Shown: in pieces, positions 35,413-47,583 of the stretch
Numbering within the stretch: position 1 is the first letter of the stretch
Layout: each line of letters starts with the position of its first letter
Assembly (NCBI GenBank): GCA_010015805.1
Contig: ML978129.1
Span: 1,364,001-1,428,000 of the forward strand
Length of the DNA stretch: 64,000 nt
Direction: 5' to 3'
Source of the DNA: Rhizodiscina lignyota
Lineage: Eukaryota
Notes under the pieces: generated by a model
Told to the model about the DNA's origin: nothing
Database searches by the model: none
What the model saw: only the letters and a program-made list of their open reading frames with translations
Made by a program: the position numbers and the translations under genes

Positions 35413-37933
35413 ATGTCGACGGCCACCGCGGCCCCACCGAAGGCGTGGACAGCATCAGAACGAGATTCTTCGCCCGGTCCAAACTCGAGGAGATCATCTA
35501 AGAATTCAAGCAAGGTAGTCGACACCGACGCAGATGCCGCGTCAAGGAGAGCTTTTGCGAAGAATGAGAAGGTACCAGTCACCCGGAGGACGTCAACAGC
35601 CACGTCTACCAGATCACATAAGTCAGAGAGCTCGAACAAGGCTGCGAAAGGCAATGATGATGGCCCGCTGACGCCGAAGTCATCACCACACGTCCGGACC
35701 ACTCGGAAGAGAGCCGCCGAAACAATGGAAGAAACGAAGGACGATGAAGAAATTGACGCCGAGGAGATGAGCCCAACACATACCCGAGACAACTCTGGTG
35801 ATTCACGAGACTCCACAAAATCAGTTTGTCTCTGCCAGCCAGCCCCAAAGATCCCACGGCCTAGAAACGGTAGGTGAAGCCACCTATTCGCATAATCATC
35901 TCGTTCTTTGTTTGAAGCGATATTCTTTCTTCAGCTATGACGCCTCAAACAAAGAATGACCCTCTTTATTAACCGCTTTTGCCCAATCAGCTGTTGACAT
36001 GACGTTCTTTGCAGCTTTCATGCTTTATCGCCAAGCTCACCAGGCCTCCGTCGCTGCTCAGAATCCGGGTATCCCCAATCCCGACATATCAAAGATCATT
36101 GGAAGGCAGTGGCATTCGTCGCCGCCGTCTGTGAAGGAGAACTGGAAAAAACTAGCAGAGGTCAGTGCCGTTCTCTGTGATGCGCAGAGCTTGAAAACAC
36201 TAACAATAGCTTTCATACAGCAAGAAAAGGTCCGTCATCAACAACAGCATCCAGGATACCGTTATCGTCCGCGTCGCAACGACCGTCGAGGGAGCATTTC
36301 GGACACGGGAGGTAGCAACATTGGTGGAGGAGATAAAACTCGCTGCGAGAAGTGCGGAGGCAGTCGGAGTATTACAACCACATCGCCAAACGCAGCAACG
36401 GCTCCCGTGCCAGCATCACCAGCTGTCGCAGACGATAGTCATCCTGCAACGCCTGTCACACGTTATCTCCCAAATATGAATGCACTAAGTCTTCAATCTC
36501 CATACGCGCGTAGAACGCGCATAGGCCCCGCAGGACTACACATCAATGCTGCAGCGTCCCGTCAACGTCTTCCGGAGGACGTACCAAGCCCAGGTTCGCC
36601 TGATTCTAAGCGCAGACGATACAATGGGCCTCAACCGGCATACTATCACCGCGCTGGCGTAGCCCCAGGAACACCTTATGCTTTTCCTCCACCTGGACAT
36701 ACAGCACTCCCGCCCGTAGGCCACAGTCGCAGAGAATCCTTACCCAGACCATCAGAACTGTTTCGAACATCACCCCCGCATACCGCCTCACTAATGGGAC
36801 CACCGCCGACTCCGAGACCGATCAATGTGGGACCACAGTCTCCCTACCCACCAGATGCTTCTCGGGCTGCCGCATGGGAGAGAATGAGCTTGACACTACC
36901 GCCGCTGCAGACTCCGCCGAGCTCGACCGGTGTTAGTTCACAAGGGATACCATCTGCTGGGTTGGATACATCATTTCGAGACCCACGCGTCGTTGGCGCT
37001 GCAGTTATGAAACTCCCGTTCCTGTGGAAGCTTGAAAGGTTGAGACGAATTTCGCCTCCTATTGACACCATGGTGACCACGCCGAACTCTGGGCCGTCGT
37101 CGAAATCGACTCGAGGTGCTATTGTAGCGGTTGAGGGCCGCAATCGCAAATCGGTCGATGACCTCTCAGCATGGCTTGAAGGATTTTTGAACAGAGGCGC
37201 AGATCATGATGTCAGGATCCAGGATGGACCGAAAGGCCCTGACTTACGGGAGAAGGCATCAATTGCTGAATACCTCGAAGTCATTGGACACTGGCACAAG
37301 CTGTCCAAAGCCATTTTGGATTTCATTCAGCCTGCGGAGCGTGCGTTAGAAGCGATCCAGGAAGATGATGGAGATGAGAGTGAAGATGAGGCAATGGAAG
37401 ACGCTTCTGCCGCGGAAGAGCAAGCCAGGTCTGACGAAGGCGAAAGAACTTCCACACAAGAGCGCACAGCTGTATCGGAAGCAGAAGCGGAAGGGAAAGC
37501 TCCTGCTCCGTTAGGGCGTATACCTCTTTTGATTTTCAAAACTTTTAGCCTCCAAGCTTGCGACCGCTACGCCTGTACCATTCCGATTAATGACACGTAC
37601 GGGCCTTCCGATCATTGGGTATGGATGGCAACTCTTTGGCGAGGTATCCCAGGTGCGGATATCACAATATATATCAAGGAGGTCGATGGTTCTCCTCAAA
37701 ACTCTGCTTCTGCCGAGTCTGCGGACAGAAGTGGAGCTGCAGGGAGTGGCGCTGCGTTAACGTCTGCAGTTGAGAAGGGAAAGATTGGAGAGGTAGATAA
37801 GGAGGAGAGCGGGGTAAAGTGTCTTATTGTTCATAAAGAAAGGGGGAGAGACATTGAGGAGAGGGCACTGCGGAGGCTGGGGTTTGAGTTGGGCGAATGG
37901 ATTAGAGAAGTTTCGAGCCTAGCAAGGAAATGA
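35413..37933 (+). CDS. HMG-box transcription factor (Rox1/Rfg1-like), 3 exons
   Basis: CLCQPAPKIPRPRN|AFMLYRQ..NPDISKIIG..W..WKKLAE|QEK.RH...HPGYRYRPRR; C-terminal P.DHW.WMATLWRG..G.D.TIY and LRRLGFE. Introns 35870-36014 and 36161-36220. Confidence 0.93.
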
Positions 37934-38492
37934 TGCCAAAGCATTCGTGTTTGATAGATGCTTATCTTCTTCAGCAGCTGACATACAGTAGTAGAGCGAA
38001 TTTGGAAAAACATGATATCGAACTTCATTCGATCGGACCAGTAGTATGCTGTGCTGTTCCTCTTGTTTCCCGACGGTCAGCGGCGTAGATTGTTTAACGG
38101 GAAGGTCCCAAAAGATTACCGGATATGAGGCATCTCAGCTCTTCTTCATTGGATAGACTATTGGTGAGCTCGTGTATAGAAAGGTTAGATATCTGTAGTA
38201 GCATCAATGTGTGATTAAGGTTAAAGGTGACACGGCGAGGTCGTAAGTGCTGACACGGCGATCAGCGGTGGGCGCCAGGATTCCATATACCAGCTTCAGC
38301 TCCTTGTCATTGAGTGAGTTCGGCGCCGGTGGATAAAAGATAAAGTGGATATACAAGCCTTGCGAGTTCCAGCAAAGTGAATATCTTCTGGAAAAACTTT
38401 CAGTTTTTCGTCCAGATTTTGGCATCTCGACCGGAGCCGTCATTCGCCCTGAATCTCTCCGCATTTCTGCAGAATAAAAGAAAACTGCAAGC

Positions 38493-38876
38493 ATGTCGAC
38501 TTCAAACGACGAAATTGAAATCCTCAACGTCATCAACCGCTTCCTCAACTGCGTCCGCACGAAAGACAAGGCCACATTCTACGCGTGCGTGCTCGAATCG
38601 GGTGTGACGATGCGCTTCCGCGACGGCGAGCCGTGGAAGCAGACCATCGGCGAAGCCATCGAGACCCTGCCGATCTGGGAGACCGAGGACATCATCAGCG
38701 AGCACATGTACGACGCCACGGTGCGAACAGACGGCGAGTTTGGAATGTGCTTCGCGCCTTGCGTCGCGTACAGGAACGGAGAGCTGATCCACAGTGGATC
38801 GAATATTTTCACAATGTTCAAGAAGGATGGGAAGTGGATCATTGCCGGGATCAACGATATCGGGCGGAAGCCGTGA
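38493..38876 (+). CDS. Small NTF2-like/SnoaL-fold protein, intronless
   Basis: N-terminal helix followed by beta strands, ending HSGSNIFTMFKKDGKWIIAGIND. Strong GC3 bias. Confidence 0.78.
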   Translation: MSTSNDEIEILNVINRFLNCVRTKDKATFYACVLESGVTMRFRDGEPWKQTIGEAIETLPIWETEDIISEHMYDATVRTDGEFGMCFAPCVAYRNGELIHSGSNIFTMFKKDGKWIIAGINDIGRKP

Positions 38877-39483
38877 GGAGATTACAGTCAGTGTGCTTTG
38901 GCTTCATGACTAAGGCATCAACAAGGTGGCTGTCGGCTGTATATGAGGGTCGATTCGCCGCAATAGCTAGGAATGCCCCAGTCGCTTCATTATCGTTACT
39001 TTGAGGATTTGGAGCTGGACCTGGGGAGTCTTCCAACGCACATTGACATGCAGTCTCGCTAAAAGTGCTAAAGTAGATAAGGTATTGGCCAAATATATTA
39101 CTATTCGACGGCTTGGTGCGACTATTATAGGCACTCCCGAGCAGGTTACTAATAAGTTCAAACGGTAGGTAGGGAAGAAGATGTGAACGGTTTTAACATA
39201 AGCAAGTTTTTCGTTCGACTGACATCGCTGTCACGCTGTGAACTTAAGGCCGCATTGACCATCACGTGGCTTAAACGGCGCTGTAATACATCAAAGCAAA
39301 AATCTAGACTGCCCCACTGGGCATTGACGGCAAGTTCCTACTGGTATATATACAGCGCCATCCACGTCACGTGTCAGAGCGCGCTCGGATGGGACGAGAC
39401 GACACGAGACGGCTCCTATTTGAGCATTCTGCTCTGCTCTCCACTGTGAAATTTTCCCATCTACTACTACCCAAGCCTCACAA

Positions 39484-40607
39484 TCACGCTAAGAGCCCAC
39501 CGTTGAGCCCTACAATTGAAGCTCTAAGGAAGTACGGATCCTCTTCAATGCGCTTCCGAATCTCGCCAGTGGATAGTTCGTCGACATCCCACGCTGCCCA
39601 GACGAAGCGGCCATGAAGGAACGCGGCCTCCTTCGTAGCTGCCCAAACTGCAAATCCGCCACAAAGCTCATCTGGACCTGTGTCAGCGTGATAATCTACG
39701 CGTGAAAAGAGTCCCTCACCACTGTCGAACCATTCCCGAGGCAGGCCCATCGACTTCAGCTCACCGCTATAAACAGTTCCAGGATGCTACGGTATGTGAG
39801 TACGTGGGACACTCAAGTATGTGCACGCAGGGTTTCATACGAAGCTGATAACCTGCATTACCTCGCGCGGGACATTCTGAGCAATGAGCTGGAATAGCAG
39901 GGTCCCAGTCATCTTGGAAAGAGTATATGCTGGTCGTATTGCAACGCCAGGATGGCCCGTCATGTGTATCGAAAGCGTCGACACGTTGATGAGGAACTGT
40001 TGACTTAAGTCGTCAGACATGCGCTTGCCGGCGAGGAATGGGACTACGGAGCAGTCACCTTTTGTTTCTCACCCTTCTGTGAATAGAACTTTTCGATGAA
40101 ATACAGCGGACCCTTGGCATTCGTCTCGACCTGAGACCAGACCTCGTCCGCACCGAGCTCCAACAGCGGCTCTGCTTCGGTGACTTTGGCGGCGTTCGCA
40201 ACAAGGACATCAACGGTAACGGCCTGGGCAGCCAAGTCTTTCCAGAGGGCCTCGACTTCAGTCTGCTCCACCACATCGCAGGTACGGGTGATTATCTTCG
40301 TATTAGTCCGAGCTGCTTTTGCCTCTTGCTCGAGGCTGGAGGCAGCTGTCGCCAGTACATTCGAACGGCGACCGATGATGATGACAGTCGCTGCAGAGGC
40401 ACGAACGAAGGAGCGAGCAATCGCATAGCCAATGCCAGTACCACCGCCCGTTACGAGTACTGTCCTTCCAGCCTGACTCAGCTCGGCTCTTGTGGGCGAG
40501 ATTGCAGAATAGCCCTCCCGGTGGGCCGTCTTGGTGACGTTGGTCTGAACAAGCGGTTTGAACAGTTGCTCTTTCTCTGTCAAAGACATTTGCGCTATGT
40601 CTGCCAT
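39484..40607 (-). CDS. Short-chain dehydrogenase/reductase, 3 exons
   Basis: TGGGTGIG, LVANAA, YTLSK, F|HPG, FAVWAA..EA.FL.GRF..A.WDVDEL. Introns 40058-39997 and 39840-39787. Confidence 0.92.
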
Positions 40608-41299
40608 GATAGGAAGGAGGATCAGGTCGTGTTGAGCTGTGTTAATGGATGATTGGAGCCCTCGAAATGGGAATGAACTTTGGAGAACTGGATATTGTAC
40701 TTCTTGAGTGCTTGCAGGAGCTATTGCGGTTCTTATAGCCCAACAACCTATGTACCTAATGGCTTACTTACGACAACATCCTCGTGATAGACAGGAACGG
40801 ACCATGAGATGTCCCACTAGTGCCCGTCTCAGCGGAGGTTTCATATCCTACAGCGGATGGCGTCCGCAGAGATCGGGAGCTTAGCAATGCAGATTGGACG
40901 GGGTGTAACAGCGAACGAAGCAAAATTGCCAATTGGCCAAAACTAAGAGATTCCTTAAGAGGTAGAGACTTTTGAGCGGAACGCTTCGATCGTCCTGATG
41001 AAATTCTACGATCAAGACTACTGCAACTCGGACAAGGTGAGATCTTATTATAAAGGCGCCCAGTTTCCATTGCAAAGTAGCCTGGAGCCAGTTCTGACCC
41101 AATGTCGTTTGAACCACGGAAATTGCATCTGGCCAATGCTATGTCGTTCAAGTTTGTAAGGCGTAAGGAGAGGCAGGATGGCGGCGGCGCAACAGATACC
41201 CCTCGTCGATCATCCGTAAATGGATAGCGCCCGCAAATTCATAATCCAATCGCAGGAATCCCAAATTCCGTCCGCGTAGAGAACCGCCAACAAGCAATC

Positions 41300-42526
41300 A
41301 TGGCCAATAGTTCGGAACGCAACGCATGTCGTCCCTGTGCAACGGCAAAGCGGAGGTGCGGGAAGCAAACGCCGCAGTGTCAAAGATGCAGAAGACGTGG
41401 CATCGAATGTACCTATCCCCCGAGCAAGGCGAGCTCCTGGATTCCTTGCGGCACATTCATAGCCCAAGGCAACAGTTCTTTCACTTATAGCACCCTACAG
41501 TCGTCTCTTTCCTCCCCGCTCTCGCAGGTCACAGATGGCGCATCTCTCGGACTGGATCTTTCCGGCCCTTTTAATGGGCTCTGGAACGATAGCCTAGCAT
41601 CAACATGGTTCACTTCCCCGGAGACCTGGAAGGTCACTCACTCCCCGCAGGGGGAACAACGAACATTCAGCATCATACATCTAAAGCGCCAAATGGCCAA
41701 GCTCCATAGCTGCATAATCCAGTGGGCGGAAGAAGGTAGCAATGCCTTTGTTCATCCCCGACTTTATCAGACTCGGTTTCCACGTTGTGCCCAGGACGCG
41801 TACACAGCTCTGTTATGCTACATCCACAGGACGTCATCGAATGAGCGCACCATCATGCAGATCATGGAGGACAGAATTAAGCAACTGCTAGCAGACCACG
41901 ACACCTCGATAGGCAACGTAAGCAAGGATTCCGCCATTCTCGACACCCTCGAACACATCGCCCGCGTGCAGGCCTTGCTAGTATATCAAGTTATTGGCCT
42001 CTACGATGGCGACATTCGACTCCGTCATCTTGCCGAGGCGAGCATGCCTGTCCTGAACAACTGGATGGTGCAGATGGTTGAGCATGCCAGCCAGGCGGTA
42101 TGCTTGGGTAGCTGCATCATCTCGTTAGGTTCTGATGAGCAACGAGCTCTTGGATTCGGCCTGCCCGACTTTGCACATTGCGAGAATCTTCCGTGGTACT
42201 CGTGGGTGGTCGCAGAAAGCATTCGCCGCACGTGGATCGTCGCCTCGGGATCGCAAGCCATTTTCCAAATGATGAAGCAGGCTTGCGTCCCTTGCATGGG
42301 TGGTATGATGTTGACCACTCGTAAAGGGGTGTGGGAAGCCCCGTCAGCTCTCGCTTGGGTGAAGCTGTGTTCGGAGGTAAATGTAGGGCTAATGCAGATG
42401 ACGGAGGTGGACAAGCTATTCACAGAGGTAACACCGGAAGATGTTGATGATTTTGCTAAGATAATTCTTGATTTGCAATTCGGGAAAGAGAGACTTGAGA
42501 GGTGGGGCGTTCAGATAGAAGACTGA
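41300..42526 (+). CDS. Zn(II)2Cys6 transcription factor, intronless
   Basis: CRPCATAKRRCGKQTPQCQRCRRRGIECTYP, F.HPRLY, W..W..AES.RRT. Confidence 0.93.
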   Translation: MANSSERNACRPCATAKRRCGKQTPQCQRCRRRGIECTYPPSKASSWIPCGTFIAQGNSSFTYSTLQSSLSSPLSQVTDGASLGLDLSGPFNGLWNDSLASTWFTSPETWKVTHSPQGEQRTFSIIHLKRQMAKLHSCIIQWAEEGSNAFVHPRLYQTRFPRCAQDAYTALLCYIHRTSSNERTIMQIMEDRIKQLLADHDTSIGNVSKDSAILDTLEHIARVQALLVYQVIGLYDGDIRLRHLAEASMPVLNNWMVQMVEHASQAVCLGSCIISLGSDEQRALGFGLPDFAHCENLPWYSWVVAESIRRTWIVASGSQAIFQMMKQACVPCMGGMMLTTRKGVWEAPSALAWVKLCSEVNVGLMQMTEVDKLFTEVTPEDVDDFAKIILDLQFGKERLERWGVQIED

Positions 42527-43244
42527 AAGCTGCAATGAGGTTCGGAGCATTGGAAAAGAACGCCTACATACGCCAAACAGAGCACAACATTCGTAATCGT
42601 GGATGCATGTGTCAATGGGAGCTATCTCAAGATACAAGCAGCGACCGTTTGGCACGTTTCCGAGTCGCTTGCGTTGACCTTAAACTTCTGCTAATAACTG
42701 GTATCATCTCATCTACCCAGCCCAGAGTACTGGTCCTGGGATGGTCATCGTAGGGCTTCGCAGGTGCTCATTTGGAGCGTAAATCTCAAGAGGTCGTTGA
42801 ATGGCGATCGACCTATGTGCGGTTATTCGGTGAGACGCCCTGGATCAAATCTTGATGGTATTTGAAGGTGTAAGGAGTGTTAGACAATCTCATTTCATCG
42901 GACTACGCTAAAGCTCGCTGGGAATAGCGTTGCGCACGGGCAATGGGCAGGCTTTCATCGATCAACGATTTTTCGAATTAAATTCGTTTACAGGACGGTA
43001 TAGCAACGAATATTCATAGATCTGTAGATGCAAGACTCTACTGTAATGTAATGGTATTATTTTAAAGTTGTTAACTTTAGAGCCTTAGAGTACACGTACA
43101 AATCGTTAATCGAGCGCTCCGAGTCCCTCGGAGAATTTCAAGTGGGTCTTCGACATGCAAGCGCTTTAGCGCGGGCGACCTGAGATTGACAAAATACTGT
43201 TCACTAAGAAAATTCACAACCAGAGCTTTTGGGGAGCTGTCAAT

Positions 43245-44162
43245 ATGGAAGCCTCAGCTGAGCAGATGATGAGACTTTCTGATGCCGTCGAGATCTGCTA
43301 TCAGACCTTTGGATCCCCACGGAGCCCTCCAATCCTCCTCCTCGCCGGAGCAAGCCAGTCGATGCTGGCGTGGAATGCTGATTTCATAGCGAAGCTCAGT
43401 CCATCATCAAATCCGCACTTTGTTATCCGCTACGATTATCGAGACACAGGTCGGTCCACTCACTATCCAGTCTTACCACAAGATGTTTCTCCACAAGAAA
43501 TTACACCTCATTATACATTAACTGGTCTCTGCAACGATGCCATCGCTCTCCTCGACCATCTGAAGATAGACTCGGCCAATTTCGTTGGTTTCAGTATGGG
43601 GGGAGGGATTGCATGCTACATCGCGGGTGAACTGGCACCAAAGCGTGTGAGAAGCCTAGCGCTGCTCTCAACCAGTCCTGTTGGGCCAGCACCAGGACCG
43701 GATGATGGACTGTCACCGATGAGTCCCGAATTGTTGGATGAGATTAGAGCGTTGCATCCTCCAAACGATTGGCACGAGAAGATTCAGGTCGTTGCCTTCT
43801 TGACAGAGGTGGAAAAGCTATTGCAACACGTCCCACCGACGGTAGAGGAGGAAGTCGAAGCGCGTGAACTTTTGGAGCGGATTTTTGACAGAACACAAGC
43901 CGGTGGTGATGGTCTCCAGTGCATATACAATCACGGGCCGGTAGTATTCCCTTGCTGGCCGAGAGAAGCTCTACGACACGTACGATGCCCAACTGTAGTC
44001 ATCCATGGAAGAAGTGATCGAAATTTTGCGCTGCCACACGCAGAGGCACTGGCCAAAGAGATTGAAGGTGCAAAGCTTGTTGTGCTGGACGACATGGCTC
44101 ATGAACTTCCGCGGAGATGTTGGGATAGAATCGCACAGGAAATAGTCGACACCAGCAGCTAA
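43245..44162 (+). CDS. Alpha/beta hydrolase, Ser nucleophile (RdmC methylesterase-like), intronless
   Basis: FVIRYDYRDTGRST, GFSMGG, IHGRSD, MAHELP. Confidence 0.9.
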   Translation: MEASAEQMMRLSDAVEICYQTFGSPRSPPILLLAGASQSMLAWNADFIAKLSPSSNPHFVIRYDYRDTGRSTHYPVLPQDVSPQEITPHYTLTGLCNDAIALLDHLKIDSANFVGFSMGGGIACYIAGELAPKRVRSLALLSTSPVGPAPGPDDGLSPMSPELLDEIRALHPPNDWHEKIQVVAFLTEVEKLLQHVPPTVEEEVEARELLERIFDRTQAGGDGLQCIYNHGPVVFPCWPREALRHVRCPTVVIHGRSDRNFALPHAEALAKEIEGAKLVVLDDMAHELPRRCWDRIAQEIVDTSS

Positions 44163-45897
44163 AATGGAAGAGGAGATGTTTTACGAAGTTCTACTTTGAA
44201 CTCGATCACCAGACGTCTTGAGTCTGCAAGTCGCTTCGCGTTACCTTCCCATAAACTGCGGCATACGCACACTCGGATTGCATCGACAGCGGCATGCACG
44301 CGCCGCCGGAGTTCTCAATTGTGGATTGTGGTCATGACTGGTGTCGTGAGGCGACGGGTGATGTCGGTGGCAATTCTGTCTCCGAGTGTAGATACCAACT
44401 ACGCGTTTAGGAAGTCGGGATGCGTCATATCGCAGGAGTGGAGAGATCTTGGCAGCAGACAGCTCTCAAGGAGCCGCTAAGCTCGCTTGTGATGCATCGT
44501 ACTCTAGAGCCTCATCTTCAGGCAACGGTCCCTCAGATCTTGCATCTACAGCGCTGACCATGATCGAACAATCGATGTTTAGTAAACAAAACACAACGCG
44601 GCCACTTTCCCCTAGATGGAGGCGTTAGCGAGCCAAGGTACGCGAAATCTTGGGTGTGGAGAACACCAAAAAAATCTTTTCCGGAAGAGTTCCGCTCGGA
44701 CATATACTTTGGGAATAGTGCCGGGCGCCATAGGGCTGAAACACGTGAACTTATGCCAATGCTAATTTAAGATGAGAATTAAGTTATCAAGCTTTTTGTG
44801 CAGATCTGATCAGACGTACACGGTAGGACGGAGAATTATGGCTTCTGTTTTCGCGATTCCAGAAGGCTGAAAACGTACCAGTCGACAAGCGATCGGAAAG
44901 GTCCCTCATTAATCAAGAAGCAAACAGTTTCTTGCAGTATTCGCAGCGGTCATTTAGAGTCGATGGATCCATAATAGCAGTAGAAATTCAACCTTGATGG
45001 AGGTAGGCGATAGCGGACGAGCTGAGGTTTAGGCAAAACGCAAATTGGACGACAAGAGAGGCACAAGACAGCCAGAGGAGCGCAACCCATGACATAATCA
45101 ACATTTCCGCTCACTAGACTCCGTACTTCATCCGCTACTCGTCCGTTGCGTTGCATCTTGAACCTTAAAATCCGCCAGTCCGCCGACCTCATTCTCAAAG
45201 CGCATCAAGTCCGAAGGGATAAATCAATTTTGGACCGTTGGTGGCTTCCGGTTGAAAGGACACCATCTCGATGTTGGACGTTGATTGAGTCAGCGAAAAA
45301 ATATTCAAATACGATCAAACGGATATCATGAGTATCCTTTCATCTAGGATCAGTAAAAATAAGGGTTCCAGGTTTAGTGTGAAAGTTTCTTTGTGCGCCT
45401 CGCCGCATCGGTATCCGTCCGAGTTATTAATTTCGTAGCCCAGAGGAATAACTAGCTCTCCTTAGTTAGCCTCTAGCCACCCTCACAGTAAAGTAAAAGG
45501 CATGTAATTCAAATAGCTGTGATCCGCGGAATTCAATGATTCGTGGTAAAGACTGACCTGCGCTCGAGTATACGTAAGCGTGGTGCATGGTTCACCGTAC
45601 TTCGTCCGAATGAACATCCCTTTTGACTCTGGCATAGAATGAGACGGATTTATGGACTTTAAACAACGAAACTCTCGTGCGACAGCGCTCTGTATTCGGA
45701 TTTGAGATGGAGATGTCGTCCTAAAGCTGCAAAGGATGGAGCTAAGGGGCGTTCTGTGAGATTGTCGTACGGTATAAAGCCCCGTCGATGGCATCGAAAA
45801 TGTAGGTTCTCTTCACCAGAAAGATTTGGCGATAATCGCAACAGCATCAATCAATATTCCTTTTTGGGCCCTCAGAGGTTCATAACAAAGACAAGAA

Positions 45898-46824
45898 ATG
45901 GCGGACGTCGACTGGGAAGCCGCCACAAGATATGCAAACAACCTTGCCGGACTCCTCCCTGGAACGGTGGTCAATACCATCCGTAAGCAGCCATATCCAG
46001 CCATTGATCCATCGAAGCCATCTCTTTCTGCAGCTGGAAAGAACGTCCTGATCACGGGAGGAGCAACTGGGATCGGCTTTGCCATCGCTCGTAGCTTCGC
46101 AATCGCCGGGGCTGCCACGGTTGTCCTAGTCGCTCGACGAGCCAATGTCCTGGAAGAGGCGGCGAAGAAGTTGTCGGCAGAATTTCCAAAAACAACATTC
46201 CTGTACTACTCTGCGAGCTTGACAGACAGCGAAGCAATCACGAAGCTCTTCAGAGCGGCACGTCAGATCGTTCCGCGAAATGACATCGATATCCTTGTAA
46301 CGAATGCCGCCAATTTTTCAAGCTCAGGCGGTGCCTTCACCTTGCCAGTGGAAGTGTATCGCAATGCATTCGAAACCAATGTCATTGGTAACATTTACCT
46401 TGGACGAGAGTTCATGGAGAGCGCCCCTGCCTCATCCAAGGACACGGAGAAGATCCTCCTTGACGTATCCAGCACGGGAGCGTACGTCCATTATTCAACG
46501 ACCCAGGCATATGGGGTGACCAAATTTGCCTTCTCGCGCGTGGCGATGCAAGCGGCGCAAGACTATCCCAACTTGCGAGTGCATAGCTTCCATCCGGGGG
46601 CTATATTTACGGACTCGGTCAAGGGTTTCGGGTTGTCCGAAGATTCGGTTGATTTTGATGACGTGAACTTGCCGGGGCAGTTTGCGGTCTGGCTGGCAAG
46701 TGAGGAGGGAAGATTCCTAAGAAATCGCTTTGTACTTGCCAACTGGGACGTAAACGAGTTGAAGTCGTTGCATGATGAGTTGGATAATGATAAGGGAAAG
46801 CTGGTGCTTGGTATGAGGATGTGA
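45898..46824 (+). CDS. Short-chain dehydrogenase/reductase, intronless, same subfamily as 39484-40607
   Basis: YPAIDP.KP.LS.AGK.VLITGGATGIG, NAA, YGVTK, FHPG, FAVWLAS.EG.FL..RF..ANWDV.EL. Confidence 0.92.
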   Translation: MADVDWEAATRYANNLAGLLPGTVVNTIRKQPYPAIDPSKPSLSAAGKNVLITGGATGIGFAIARSFAIAGAATVVLVARRANVLEEAAKKLSAEFPKTTFLYYSASLTDSEAITKLFRAARQIVPRNDIDILVTNAANFSSSGGAFTLPVEVYRNAFETNVIGNIYLGREFMESAPASSKDTEKILLDVSSTGAYVHYSTTQAYGVTKFAFSRVAMQAAQDYPNLRVHSFHPGAIFTDSVKGFGLSEDSVDFDDVNLPGQFAVWLASEEGRFLRNRFVLANWDVNELKSLHDELDNDKGKLVLGMRM

Positions 46825-47020
46825 GGATAGGGCAAGATGACAACCTCAACGCTTAGTCCCACTGAGTTAAAATGAAAGTATCAATATTTGATGGTAAACC
46901 CTGATAAGGTGGAGTCTCCTACGCAACACTATGAAGAATAATTAAACCTTGGGAAGCACTTCAATCGCTTTGCTTTTGGCTACGAAGTCAATGGAAACCA
47001 CTGATTCATGTGACGCGGAT

Positions 47021-47038
47021 TTATTTCCGCGGAAATAA
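47021..47038. promoter_or_regulatory. Perfect 18-bp palindrome TTATTTCCGCGGAAATAA containing a PDRE-type core (TCCGCGGA)
   Basis: Palindrome read directly. The regulatory role is inferred. Confidence 0.5.
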
Positions 47039-47543
47039 GGATATCAAATACTTGAAATTCATGTCGAAACGCGGAGGAGCGCGTAATGACTCGGAAAATA
47101 AGTCCTGTGAGTCTCTTCGATGCCGCTTTTGTATCCTTGTTCCGAGTAGGCCTATGGGAAGGCGTTAATTATAGAGGCGAAACCGAACTAGAATAATTTT
47201 TGAAGTAGTGAAAGCGGCACCAAGCATGCGGCGGTCCGCGGTGTATGAACGACCCGCTCGCCCTTCGACCTCCGCCGGAGGAAGGCCGATCGTCGACCCG
47301 CTTGGTAAGTACGATACGATGCTATTCCATGGCTCTAACCGCATGATTTGAAGGCTTGGTTTGCGGGAGTCGTTTCTATTTTCCACTAGGTTTTCGGCAT
47401 GGGCTTCAATAATGCGTTACATCGTCCACAAGGGCCTCCAAGATCTGGTCGCGACTCAGCCGTTGACAGAAGAAGACGTTGATATATTTCGAGCCCCGAC
47501 ATGATTGGCTCAGATTAGGAAGCTTTGAAGTGTCGAGTGATGC

Positions 47544-47583
47544 GGAAAGTCCTGTGGAAAGTCCTGTGGGAGTCCTGTGGGAA
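47544..47583. repeat. 11-12-bp tandem repeat (ggaaagtcctgt), about 3 copies
   Basis: Read directly. Confidence 0.85.
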
